A stretch of DNA of 64,000 nt. It comes from Acidobacteriota bacterium. GTDB lineage: Bacteria; Acidobacteriota; UBA6911. Made by a program: the position numbers and the translations under genes. The notes under the pieces are model-generated. The model ran no database searches. It was given only the letters and a program-made list of their open reading frames with translations, and was not told the DNA's origin. Positions 9,588-19,256 of the stretch are shown piece after piece (the stretch's first letter is position 1; every line of letters begins with the position of its first letter). Where the stretch lies: positions 1,472,001 to 1,536,000 of the forward strand of contig OY761556.1 of the NCBI GenBank assembly GCA_963664705.1. Reading direction: 5' to 3'.

Positions 9588-10526
9588 GTGAAGATTGATA
9601 TTTTTTCACACATCATGACGGAGAAGTATCTGGAGGTTTACAGGAAGAAGGTGCCTGCGATAGAAAACGAAATCGAGGTGTACACGCGGCCGGTGGTGGA
9701 TCTTCAGATGCGGCTTGGATTGATGGATCGCTACCCGGACGTTTTGCAGATTCTGACCGTGGCCAAGGTGCCGCTCGAAAAATTTGTCGGACCCAAGGAT
9801 GCCGCGGAACTGGCGCGGATCGCCAACGATGAACTGGCTGAACTGCTTGTGAAGTATCCGAACAAGTTTTTCGGCGCCGCCGCCTGCCTCCCGATGAATG
9901 ACATGGATGCGGCTTTGGAGGAACTCGATCGGGCGATCGGCAAGCTGGGACTCCAGGGAGTCCAGATATACAGCCGCATCGCGGGTGAGCCGCTGGATTC
10001 GCCGAAATTCAAGCCTCTCTATACCAAGATGGCCGAATACAATCTTCCCATCTGGCTGCATCCGGAGACGAATCCTCTGCTGGATGTCGATCGGGGCCTC
10101 TTCAGTTGGCCGTATGAAACGACGGCCGCCATGTTCCGGCTGGTCCATTCGGGCATTTTTTATGAATACCCGGATCTCAAGTTCATTGTGCACCACGCCG
10201 GCGCCATGGTTCCGTTCTTTTCCGACCGGCTGAAATGGTTCGCATCGGCAACCAAACTTTTCCCGCAGCGCGATCCGAAAATTTACGAACACTTCCGGAA
10301 GTTCTACGTGGATACGGCTCTCTACGGGAACACCTCGGCGCTGCAGTGCGCCTATGAATACTATGGGGCCGATCACATTCTCTTCGGCACCGATGCGCCG
10401 CTCGGACCGCGTTGGGGAATGATCGAGGGAACGGTCCAGTCCATCGAGAGAATGGCTATCACGGACCAGGAGAAAGAAAAGATATTCAGCAAGAATGCCA
10501 TCGAGATCTTTAAAATGGCGCTTTAA
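9588..10526 (+). CDS. Amidohydrolase family 2 (ACMSD/decarboxylase-like) protein
   Basis: GTG start after AGGAG; IDIFSH, IWLHP, HHAG, FYVDTA and LFGTDAP motifs. Confidence 0.9.
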   Translation: MKIDIFSHIMTEKYLEVYRKKVPAIENEIEVYTRPVVDLQMRLGLMDRYPDVLQILTVAKVPLEKFVGPKDAAELARIANDELAELLVKYPNKFFGAAACLPMNDMDAALEELDRAIGKLGLQGVQIYSRIAGEPLDSPKFKPLYTKMAEYNLPIWLHPETNPLLDVDRGLFSWPYETTAAMFRLVHSGIFYEYPDLKFIVHHAGAMVPFFSDRLKWFASATKLFPQRDPKIYEHFRKFYVDTALYGNTSALQCAYEYYGADHILFGTDAPLGPRWGMIEGTVQSIERMAITDQEKEKIFSKNAIEIFKMAL

Positions 10527-10594
10527 CCATAACTGTGTCCTTTTCCCTTTGTGTTGCGGAAAAGGGAGAATGCGTAACGGATAGGAATGTTTGT

Positions 10595-11635
10595 ATGACT
10601 TTCAGTTCACAGTGGAAGGATGAATACGCCGCCCTGCAGGAATTTATAGCGGCGAATCCTGCGATAATTCTCAGCTCCAGCGAGATTTCCATTCCCCAGG
10701 AGTTCAAGGATGAGTTTTACCGGCGTTTCGACCGGATCCGGGGCGCCATGGTGGATGCTCATTATTCCGAGGTGCCGTACGATATTGATGCCCTCTGCCA
10801 GCAATACCTTCAGATCGAAAAGGAAATCATTGCCCTTCTTGGCATCGAGCGCATTACGATGCCAATGGATCTGTTCAGTTTTCTGCACACTCCACGGGAG
10901 GGGCTCATCCGGATCCTCTACAACCGGTTGTTCGACCTTCTGCAGGGCAAGACAACGGTGGAGGTTTTTGAAGAGCAGTGCCTGGGAGATCTGCGCAGTT
11001 CGTCGTCGGATCTCTACCGTCTCGGATATGAGTGGTGGGCCGGGCTGGCAATCCTGAAACTCCTCGAACCGGATCGAGTCTTTGCGATCGAACTGGATGA
11101 GGATTACCAGCCGTACCTGGGGCAGTTGACCGAGATTTCTTTCGGACGGCAGGCGCATCATCCTACGATTCGTCTGCCCGAATTTGCGCTTCACTCGAAA
11201 AAGCTGGATCGGCTTGTAGCCATCAAGATGTCGATTGCGAAGGAAATTGAAAGCTATGCCGAACGCTACCGGCCCCCGGTTCGGCCCAAGAAGCGCACGG
11301 GCGATACTTCATTTGCCCTGGATTCGCGGGTGATGATGCTTTCATTTATGTCCAGCGAAACGGATATTCCGATCATTGCGGAAACCTATGATCGCACGCT
11401 CACAAGCCCGGATTATATGATTGGGTTTATTACAAAGGATGAACTCGAGGATCCGAGCGCCGTTGAGGAGGTTCAGCATCATATCGATTTTATGAAGCCC
11501 AGACTGGGGATGTCCCTGGTTGTGGTGGACCCGGAGAGCGCGGAAGCTCTCGCCGCATTGCCGGAATCGATTTTATCGGTGACGGCAGGCTTTGATCAGG
11601 CCAAGCTTCAGCCGCTCCTCTCCGTACTTGCCTGA
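10595..11635 (+). CDS. Hypothetical protein
   Basis: Long ORF with natural composition, co-oriented with the amidohydrolase; no recognised motif; start uncertain (10535 or 10595). Confidence 0.75.
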   Translation: MTFSSQWKDEYAALQEFIAANPAIILSSSEISIPQEFKDEFYRRFDRIRGAMVDAHYSEVPYDIDALCQQYLQIEKEIIALLGIERITMPMDLFSFLHTPREGLIRILYNRLFDLLQGKTTVEVFEEQCLGDLRSSSSDLYRLGYEWWAGLAILKLLEPDRVFAIELDEDYQPYLGQLTEISFGRQAHHPTIRLPEFALHSKKLDRLVAIKMSIAKEIESYAERYRPPVRPKKRTGDTSFALDSRVMMLSFMSSETDIPIIAETYDRTLTSPDYMIGFITKDELEDPSAVEEVQHHIDFMKPRLGMSLVVVDPESAEALAALPESILSVTAGFDQAKLQPLLSVLA

Positions 11636-11659
11636 TTGGCAATTGCGGCAGGAACGCCT

Positions 11660-11726
11660 TTGTGGAATTCGTGGAATTCGTGGCGGAACTGCAAATCGGC
11701 CACGAATTTCACGAATTTTTCACGGA
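11660..11726. repeat. Nonamer-based hairpin (GGAATTCGT / CACGAATTT) between convergent genes
   Basis: GTGGAATTCGTGGAATTCGTGGC...GCCACGAATTTCACGAATT; related copies at about 9493-9520 and 36297-36350. Confidence 0.75.
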
Positions 11727-11739
11727 GAATGCCTGCTCC

Positions 11740-12759
11740 CTAAATTCCTACTTCGGACCATGCTTCGCGAACAGCCTTCTGTTCCAGGCTGTTCGCGCCA
11801 TACAACTCGCCGGCAACCGCAACCGTCATCATCATGGCATCGTGAAAGTTGGAATTTGGCCGGAGCTTATCCGTCAAAGTTCGATACCAGATCTGCCCCG
11901 CCTTTTCCCAGGCATAACCCTTGAGCCGGACAGCAAGCTCATAGAAGGCCCGATTGGGAATTCCTGAGTTCAGATGCACGCCGCCGTTATCCTCCTGGGT
12001 CACAACATAATCCCGCATGTGACCTGGTTGCGGGTCCCGTCCGAGGACCGGATCGTTATAAGCGGTTCCCGGAGCCTTCATCGACCGGATTCCCTTTCCC
12101 TTCACTCCGGGCAGAAAGAGTTTTTCCCCGATCAGCCAACTCGACTTTTGCGCAGTCTCGCGCTTTTTGTATTGTTGGATCAGACAGCCGAATACATCGG
12201 AGAATGATTCGTTCAGCGCGCCGGACTGCCCCCGGTAATTGAGCCCGGCCTCGTTTTGGGTGATCCCGTGGGTCAGTTCGTGGCCGATGACATCGAGCGC
12301 CCGCGTGAATGGGCCGAAAATCACTCCATCCCCATCGCCGTATACCATCTGCCTGCCATTCCAGAATGCATTTTCGTAGGCTTCGCCATAATGCACCGTA
12401 GCGTCCAGGCGCATGCCGCGATCGTCGATGGAGTTGCGGGAGAACACTCGTTTGAACATATCGTAGGTGACGCCGGCGCCGTCATAGGCTTCATTGACGC
12501 GCGGATCTTTTGATTTCGGCTTTCCTTCCGATCGCACCAGTTTTCCCGGAAGATCGTATTGGTGCCGGGCGTCGTACACGGAGCGCCGTTTGTGCCCGGG
12601 TGCAACGGACAGTGGAGCCAGGGCGGCTAGCAGGCGGCGTTCGCCGCGAAATTGCTCCGAATCGGTCAGGGTGGACCATGCCAGTGCCTGCTGCCTGGAG
12701 TCGCCGTTCTGCAGAATCGCACGAAGCATATAGGGGGGTACGATACAGTGACGGAACAT
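11740..12759 (-). CDS. M4 family metallopeptidase, protealysin-like
   Basis: Short propeptide with CIVPPY, NAFWNG, HELTH zinc motif, GALNESFSD, DNGGVHLNSGIPN; no signal peptide. Confidence 0.95.
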   Translation of the reverse strand: MFRHCIVPPYMLRAILQNGDSRQQALAWSTLTDSEQFRGERRLLAALAPLSVAPGHKRRSVYDARHQYDLPGKLVRSEGKPKSKDPRVNEAYDGAGVTYDMFKRVFSRNSIDDRGMRLDATVHYGEAYENAFWNGRQMVYGDGDGVIFGPFTRALDVIGHELTHGITQNEAGLNYRGQSGALNESFSDVFGCLIQQYKKRETAQKSSWLIGEKLFLPGVKGKGIRSMKAPGTAYNDPVLGRDPQPGHMRDYVVTQEDNGGVHLNSGIPNRAFYELAVRLKGYAWEKAGQIWYRTLTDKLRPNSNFHDAMMMTVAVAGELYGANSLEQKAVREAWSEVGI

Positions 12760-12771
12760 AGAAGCTCCTTT

Positions 12772-12904
12772 GGATTCCAGATTTCAGATTCCAGATTTCA
12801 GATTTCAGATTTCAGATTTGTTTCGGTAGGAAGGATTATAGCAAATAGTAAATAGCAATTAGTAATTCTGTCTTCTGACTCCTGACTCCTGACTCCTGTC
12901 TCCT
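12772..12904. repeat. Three adjacent heptamer arrays: (GATTTCA/GATTCCA)n, (AATAGCA/AATAGTA)n, (GACTCCT)n
   Basis: Seen directly at 12772-12818, 12836-12866 and 12868-12904. Confidence 0.85.
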
Positions 12905-12910
12905 TGCCTT

Positions 12911-15900
12911 CTAATCGAGCAGGATGGCCAAATCGTCCCGGCTGAGATTTCTCAGCAGGCTGTTATCCTGATTAATAATGGCTTCGGCAATTTCCCGTTT
13001 GCTCCCCTGGAGTTCGAGGACCTTTTCCTCAACGGTATCTTTGGCAATCAGTCGGTAGGCGAACACGGATTGGGTTTGGCCGATCCGGTGGGTGCGGTCG
13101 ATGGCCTGGGCCTCCACGGCGGGGTTCCACCAGGGATCCAGGAGGTAGACATACTCGGCGGCGGTCAAGTTCAGTCCGAGGCCTCCGGCCCGCAGACTGA
13201 TCAGGAAGAGCTTGGATTCCGGGTTGTTCTGGAATCGTTCGACGGGGGCGGCGCGATCCTGCGTCTGTCCGTCGAGGTATTCATACTGGATATTCTCTGC
13301 TTCAAGCCGTTGGCGAAGAATCCCGAGCATGGAGGTGAACTGTGAAAAGACGAGGGCTTTATGGCCTTCTTCCAGGACCTCCATCAATTGCGGCATCAGC
13401 ATTTCCATCTTGGCGCTGGGTTCGTTGGAGCGCGTCCGGTCGATCAGGCCGGGATGAATAGCCGCCTGCCTCAGCCGGAGGAGTGCTTCCAGAACATGGA
13501 TCTTGGATTTTTCGAGTCCGTCGCGTTCAATACGATCCAGCAGGGTGCGCCGATAGTGGTCGCGAAGCTCGTCGTAGAGGGCGCGCTGCGCCGTTTTCAG
13601 ATGGCAGAACAGGACCTGCTCGAATTTTTCCGGCAGATCCCGGGCAACCTGCGACTTGGTCCGACGGAGTATGAACGGGCGCAGGGCCTGGGCCAGCAGG
13701 ATGCGCTGGTTTTCATCTCCATTGGCTGCGGATCCCTTGCCCATGCGAAAAACCGAGGCAGATCCCAGCATTCCCGGATTCAGGAATTCGAAGAGGCTCC
13801 AGAGTTCGCCTAGGTGATTTTCAATCGGCGTCCCGCTCAGGGCAAGCCGATGGCGCGCCCGCAGCAGGCGAGCGGCCTTGGCGGATTCGGTGGAGGCGTT
13901 CTTAATAGCCTGGGCCTCATCGAGGATGACGTAATCAAACATCTTTTCTTTAAAAAACGGAGCATCGCGCCGGAGGGTTCCATAGGTGGTGAAAACCACG
14001 TCGTAGTCGTCGAAGTGCTCATGACTGCGAATGCGCTCGCCGCCCGTGTGCTCGAGCACGCGAAGCTTCGGCGTGAAGCGGGCCGCTTCCTGGTGCCAGT
14101 TGAATACGAGAGACCGCGGCATTACGACGAGGGATGGGGGAATGGCGTCGGCGGACAGGTCTGGGCTGTTGCGGAGTTGACGCTGTTCTTCGAGCAGTGC
14201 CAGGACCTGCACGGTTTTTCCCAGGCCCATGTCATCAGCAAGGCAGCCGCCGAAGCTGAACTGGTTTAAAAAATGCAACCAGCCCAACCCTTCACGCTGA
14301 TAAGGGCGAAGCGTGCCCTGAAAACCGTCGGGGGGATCTGCCGGCGTGACGCCCTGAAAAGTCCGCAGTTCGCTGCGCATGCGGTTGAACAGCTCATCGC
14401 AACTAACATCGGGTTGGGCGGCGAGCAGAACATCCAGAAGGCCGGCCTGGTTTCGGCCGAAGCGCACATGATCCTCCTCGGCGGTGCCGAGTCCGGCCAG
14501 CATTCCATATTTTTCCATCCACTCTTCGGGGATCATACCGAAACTGCCGTCGTCGAGCAGGATGGTGTTTTCGTGGCGACGCAGGGCGGAGAGCAGTCGC
14601 GGAATGGCCACCTGCGTATTCCCGAATTCAACGGTGCCGTGCAGCTCGAACCAATCGATTCCGGAGGAGAGCTGAACTTTGAAGGAGTCCGGATTTCTGA
14701 AGAGTTTGCCTTCGGCTTCCACCTGCCAGCCCGCCGCGACCAGGTCTCGAACGGCTCCGGGCAGGCGCGACTGCGCAATGCTCCAGATCAGGGTGCCTCG
14801 ATAATCGCGCTGATGCTTGAATCCCGCCTCCTCGAATTTCTGTTTTGCCAGGCTCTCGATTTTCGGGTCGCGCACAATGCGCTTTCTTTCGGAAACCAGG
14901 GGGATACCGGCCGCCGGATCGTCCTGGCTTATCGCATGGCCGAGATAGTCGAAAAACATTTCGCCCAGCAGAAAGGGAGCACCCCACGCCTCTTTTCTGG
15001 TGCTGATGCGCGCGATCACTTTCGGCACGGATTGGATTTCCTCCAGGCGCAGCGCCTCGGGGAGGTTCAGGGCAGGAAGGGAAGGGAGCGCCACCATGGT
15101 TTCCAGCCATTGATCCGCTTCATTTTCGGGGACAAAAAAAGATTCCTCCCGCCGGAAAAACGATATCCACTCATACGATCCGCGAAATCGTGCAAGGCAG
15201 TTCCCGACCAGGAAGACTTCCGAAGAGAAGATAAACTCGGGCAAAGCAATTTCAATCGCCTGGTCATCTCTGCGAAATGTCCCGCGCACCTCGTATTGGT
15301 GTCCCGCCTCGTCTGCGCGCACATCGATGCCGAATTCCCATGGGCCGGCGTCCTCCCAGGTGACGGGAGTCAGTTCCTCGGCCGCTTCCGGGTTGCGATA
15401 AAAGAGACGGTTCGTTTTCGAGATGATGGGCAGGAGGTCTGCCAGTTCCTGCTGTCCCGGCTGGAATCGATAAATCGATTCATAGGGGCCGTAATACCAG
15501 GTTTCCCGCTGTACACCGATGAGCCGCGTCAGGATTTCACGGTCTGCGGCTTCCGGCAGCGCCGACAGGATTTCGTGCGATATGGACAGCGGTTTCGGTT
15601 TTTTCCATCCGCCATTTTTCTTCGGGTCGCGGGCCTCGATCTGCAGGATGAAAGTGGTGCCCAGAGAGCGGCGGGCATTCTCGATGATGTATAGAATCTC
15701 CCGGCCGGCCGGCCAGGAAGGCCGCTGCTCCTGCAGCCTTGGCTGGTTGATCCTGGTCAGAAGATGCTTCCAGGAGCGCGGGGACGGCAGAGCAACGTGG
15801 CGCGTTCCGGTTTTGTCCCGCGGTTCCTCCTCGGATCCGTACTCGGGTGTTTCGAAATCCAGCTCTTCGAGATCGTCCACTTCGCTCGGGTCGGACTCGG

Positions 15901-16213
15901 CCGGAACCAGCTTGTTGGGAAAGCTGCCGGGCCATTTTTGCAGATGGCCGTTCCTCTCCAGTTCCAGGAGCGTCGCCCAGACGTGTTTGCAGACTTCCAG
16001 GTTCTGTTCAAAATAGAGGCAGTCGCAGGAATAGATCAACGTATTGTCGTCGCGTTCCAGGTCAACATCGTAGTCATCGGTGCCGGAGACGCGGGCCGAT
16101 ATAAACTCCGGGTCGGCGAAGAGGATGCGGACGGCATTCCTCTGGAAGTAGTCCCTTCCCCGTATCTGGATTTTTTGGCTGACAAGCCGCCCTATGCGTT
16201 CTATCTGAGACAT
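12911..16213 (-). CDS. SWIM zinc finger-SNF2 family helicase/ATPase
   Basis: CDC..CKH SWIM; LRPYQ, LADDMGLGKT, DEAQ, LSGTPIEN, LIS..AGG.GLNL, QAIDRTHRIGQ. Confidence 0.95.
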   Translation of the reverse strand: MSQIERIGRLVSQKIQIRGRDYFQRNAVRILFADPEFISARVSGTDDYDVDLERDDNTLIYSCDCLYFEQNLEVCKHVWATLLELERNGHLQKWPGSFPNKLVPAESDPSEVDDLEELDFETPEYGSEEEPRDKTGTRHVALPSPRSWKHLLTRINQPRLQEQRPSWPAGREILYIIENARRSLGTTFILQIEARDPKKNGGWKKPKPLSISHEILSALPEAADREILTRLIGVQRETWYYGPYESIYRFQPGQQELADLLPIISKTNRLFYRNPEAAEELTPVTWEDAGPWEFGIDVRADEAGHQYEVRGTFRRDDQAIEIALPEFIFSSEVFLVGNCLARFRGSYEWISFFRREESFFVPENEADQWLETMVALPSLPALNLPEALRLEEIQSVPKVIARISTRKEAWGAPFLLGEMFFDYLGHAISQDDPAAGIPLVSERKRIVRDPKIESLAKQKFEEAGFKHQRDYRGTLIWSIAQSRLPGAVRDLVAAGWQVEAEGKLFRNPDSFKVQLSSGIDWFELHGTVEFGNTQVAIPRLLSALRRHENTILLDDGSFGMIPEEWMEKYGMLAGLGTAEEDHVRFGRNQAGLLDVLLAAQPDVSCDELFNRMRSELRTFQGVTPADPPDGFQGTLRPYQREGLGWLHFLNQFSFGGCLADDMGLGKTVQVLALLEEQRQLRNSPDLSADAIPPSLVVMPRSLVFNWHQEAARFTPKLRVLEHTGGERIRSHEHFDDYDVVFTTYGTLRRDAPFFKEKMFDYVILDEAQAIKNASTESAKAARLLRARHRLALSGTPIENHLGELWSLFEFLNPGMLGSASVFRMGKGSAANGDENQRILLAQALRPFILRRTKSQVARDLPEKFEQVLFCHLKTAQRALYDELRDHYRRTLLDRIERDGLEKSKIHVLEALLRLRQAAIHPGLIDRTRSNEPSAKMEMLMPQLMEVLEEGHKALVFSQFTSMLGILRQRLEAENIQYEYLDGQTQDRAAPVERFQNNPESKLFLISLRAGGLGLNLTAAEYVYLLDPWWNPAVEAQAIDRTHRIGQTQSVFAYRLIAKDTVEEKVLELQGSKREIAEAIINQDNSLLRNLSRDDLAILLD

Positions 16214-16294
16214 AAACTACCTATTATGCACGTCTTGCCCGGCAGACTCAAAGAGTCTTGGGGTCTTGATGCGTTCAAGGTTATGATTAGAGCC

Positions 16295-17149
16295 ATGAAG
16301 AGACAACCCAGACCGGAATGGTTGAAGGTCAGGCTTCCCGCCAGCGAAGGCTATTTTCGGCTGAAAACGCTCGTTCACGACCAGAGGCTCAATACGGTCT
16401 GCCAGGATGCGCGATGTCCGAATATCGGCGAATGCTGGGGGGCGGGGACCGCTACGTTCCTGATTCTTGGCGATATATGCACGCGAGCCTGCAAGTTCTG
16501 CGCTGTAAAGACCGGCCTACCCCCTGAATACGATACGGAGGAGCCCGGACGCGTGGCGGAGGCCATCCGAAAGCTGAACCTCCGGTATGCGGTCATCACT
16601 TCGGTCGATCGTGACGATCTTGAAGACGGCGGCGCCTTTATTTTTGCGGAAACGATCCGGAAAACCAGGGCAGCCTGTCCCGGCATCAGGATCGAGGTGC
16701 TGATCCCGGATTTCAAGGGCAGTGTCAGCGCACTGAAAACGGTGGCCGAAGCCAGGCCGGACATCCTGGGGCACAATGTCGAAACTGTGCCGCGTTTATA
16801 TAAAACGGCGCGGGCGGGATCGCGCTACGAGCGGTCGTTGGATCATCTGCGGAATGCCAAGAGTTTTGGTTTTCCCCTGACTACCAAATCCAGTCTCATG
16901 CTGGGGCTGGGGGAAAGCCGGGAGGAAATCCTGGAAGTTCTGAAGGATTTGCGCGGCGCCGACGTCGATATCCTTACGCTTGGCCAATATTTGCAGCCGA
17001 CGAAGGACCATTTGCCGGTCGAGAGATTTTATACGCCGGCGGAATTTGAGGCGTACCGCGAGCATGCCTTGTCGATAGGCTTCCGTCAGGTGGCCTCCGG
17101 TCCGCTTGTGCGGTCATCGTACCGGGCCGAACAGCTTGTTAACGGCTGA
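16295..17149 (+). CDS. lipA: Lipoyl synthase
   Basis: CQDARCPNIGEC and CTRACKFC cluster motifs, C-terminal RSSY; start reassigned to MKRQPRPEWL. Confidence 0.96.
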   Translation: MKRQPRPEWLKVRLPASEGYFRLKTLVHDQRLNTVCQDARCPNIGECWGAGTATFLILGDICTRACKFCAVKTGLPPEYDTEEPGRVAEAIRKLNLRYAVITSVDRDDLEDGGAFIFAETIRKTRAACPGIRIEVLIPDFKGSVSALKTVAEARPDILGHNVETVPRLYKTARAGSRYERSLDHLRNAKSFGFPLTTKSSLMLGLGESREEILEVLKDLRGADVDILTLGQYLQPTKDHLPVERFYTPAEFEAYREHALSIGFRQVASGPLVRSSYRAEQLVNG

Positions 17150-17883
17150 TTTCAGATTCCAGATTTCAGATTCCAGATTCCGGAACAGTCTCCAATTCAT
17201 GGGTGTCCACAATCCTTACCAACAAAATGAGCCCAAACTATACTTTGCGGTCTTCGCGGTCTTCGCGGTTCAAATATTAAAAATTAACCAACGCCATTTA
17301 TTTATGGAGATTGTGGACACCCATTAATAGAAGGGACACCGGGGTTTCTCCCAAGCTGGATAACCGCGAAGACCGCAAAGAAGACACTTTTTTATCCCCA
17401 ATCGAGCGCGATCTCCTTGTAGTGGATAGGAACAGGATATTCTGCATAAACATCCAGCCCGCGAATACCAACAAAATGAGCCCCAAAACTATACTTTGCG
17501 GTCTTTGCGGTCTTCGCGGTTCAAATATTAAAAATTAACCAACGCCATTTATTTATGGAGATTGTGGACACCCATTAATAGAAGGGACACCGGGGTTTCT
17601 CCCAAGCTGGATAACCGCGAAGACCGCAAAGAAGACACTTTTTTATCCCCAATCGAGCGCGATCTCCTTGTAGTGGATAGGAACAGGATATTCTGCATAA
17701 ACATCCAGCCCGCGAATACCAACAAAATGAGCCCCAAAACTATACTTTGCGGTCTTTGCGGTCTTTGCGGTTCAAATATTAAAAATTAACCAACGCTATT
17801 TATGTATGGACCCTGATTTGATCAAACTGGAAAGCCCCATCCGCAATCCGAAATCTGGAATCCGGAATCTGGAATCTGAAATC
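17148..17883. repeat. Nested repeat region: 251-bp tandem duplication (about 2.4 copies) bracketed by inverted heptamer arrays
   Basis: About 93-bp unit at 17217-17308, 17466-17559 and 17717-17810 with two identical spacers; (GATTTCA)n at 17148-17183 and its inverse at 17841-17883. Confidence 0.92.
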
Positions 17884-17945
17884 GTGAATTCCATGGATTC
17901 CTGCCGTTTTTCGTTTAAAATCAATATATAGGCGAAAATAAAACC

Positions 17946-19241
17946 ATGACGCCCAGACGAATTGCGCTTGCCATTCTTCTACTTCTTCTCGCCCCTCACG
18001 TCCGGGGAGACATCGCGCGTATTGATTTGAACGGAAGCATCGACCCGGTCACGGCCGAATTTGTGACGCGAAGCATCGACCGGGCGGAGGCGGAGCATGC
18101 CGGGTTTTTGCTGATCCGTCTCCAGACGCCGGGCGGATTTGCGTCTTCGATGGAACAGATTATTTCGCGGATGCTCGGCAGTAAAGTGCCGGTCGTTGTC
18201 TTCGTAACTCCCAGTGGAAGCAAGGCTGCATCCGCGGGATTTTTTATTCTGCTTGCATCCGATATTGCCGCGATGTCTCCCGGAACGAATACAGGGGCCG
18301 CACACCCGCTCATGGCGATTGGCGGGTTTCCTGTCAGCGGCGGGGATGCCGGCAAGACATTGACGGAGAAGATTACCAGCAACGCGACAGCGTTTCTGCG
18401 CAGCATTGCCACCAAGCGCAATCGGAACGTGGCTGAAGCAGAGAAGGGAGTTACGGAAAGCAAATCGTTTACCGACGCGGAAGCGCTCAATGCGCATCTC
18501 ATCGATTTTATTGCCCGGGACGAGGCCGAATTGTTTGCCAAACTCCACGGATACCATGTACGGCTGTTTTCGGGGCGGGAATGTGTATTGGTTACGCAGG
18601 GGCAGCGCGTGGTCGATTACCCGATGTCGACGCGGGAGAAGTTGCTTGCCGCCATTTCCCAACCCAACCTGGCATTGCTGCTGGGGATTGTGGGTCTGAT
18701 CCTTCTTTATTTCGAATTTACGCATCCTGGCTTTTATGCTCCGGGAGTGATTGGCGGCATCTGTGTGCTGCTGTCGGTTCTGGGGCTTTCGTTTCTGCCA
18801 ATCAATTACGTGGGGGTGCTCCTGATCCTGCTGGCGATCGGGCTGTTTGTCGCGGAGGTCAAGGTGGGGGGATTCGGGGTTCTCGGGATTGGAGGAATCG
18901 TGTCCATGGTGATAGGAATGTTGATCCTGATAGATGCTCCGGATCCGGCGGTCCGGATCCGGTTATCGACTGCGCTGGCGCTGGCGCTCCCCTTTGCCGC
19001 CATTTTCCTGATTCTGCTGATTGCGCTGTTCCGCTCCTACCGGCAAAAGGTTGCAACCGGCGACCAGGGGATGATTGGATTGATCGGGGTTGCGGACAAT
19101 GATTTTCAGGAGCGCGGACGGGTAAAGGTTCGCGGGGAGTATTGGACGGCGTACGCCGAGGTCCCTGTGGCTGCCGGGAAGGCGGTCCGGGTTCTGGCGG
19201 TTGAGAATTTGGTTCTGAAGGTTGAAGAGGTGAAAGACTAA
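17946..19241 (+). CDS. nfeD: NfeD family membrane-bound serine protease
   Basis: TPGG, AASAG and GAAHP motifs, membrane region, C-terminal G.V.V.GE.W.A OB fold. Confidence 0.93.
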   Translation: MTPRRIALAILLLLLAPHVRGDIARIDLNGSIDPVTAEFVTRSIDRAEAEHAGFLLIRLQTPGGFASSMEQIISRMLGSKVPVVVFVTPSGSKAASAGFFILLASDIAAMSPGTNTGAAHPLMAIGGFPVSGGDAGKTLTEKITSNATAFLRSIATKRNRNVAEAEKGVTESKSFTDAEALNAHLIDFIARDEAELFAKLHGYHVRLFSGRECVLVTQGQRVVDYPMSTREKLLAAISQPNLALLLGIVGLILLYFEFTHPGFYAPGVIGGICVLLSVLGLSFLPINYVGVLLILLAIGLFVAEVKVGGFGVLGIGGIVSMVIGMLILIDAPDPAVRIRLSTALALALPFAAIFLILLIALFRSYRQKVATGDQGMIGLIGVADNDFQERGRVKVRGEYWTAYAEVPVAAGKAVRVLAVENLVLKVEEVKD

Positions 19242-19256
19242 TTATCCGGAGGCGAC

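Noticed and set aside
12911-16213. SNF2 helicase as part of an anti-phage defence system
   Set aside because: Stand-alone SWIM-SNF2 architecture with no methylase, nuclease or other defence genes adjacent
15764-16294. Long N-terminal extension of LipA
   Set aside because: Overlaps the SNF2 gene on the opposite strand; LipA homology starts at 16295
17298-17789. Duplicated small ORFs (62 and 75 aa) as genes or toxin peptides
   Set aside because: They are translations of palindromic repeat DNA on both strands with no recognisable motif; coding cannot be supported
17217-17810. CRISPR array
   Set aside because: Repeat unit of about 93 bp is too long, the two spacers are identical, and no cas genes are nearby
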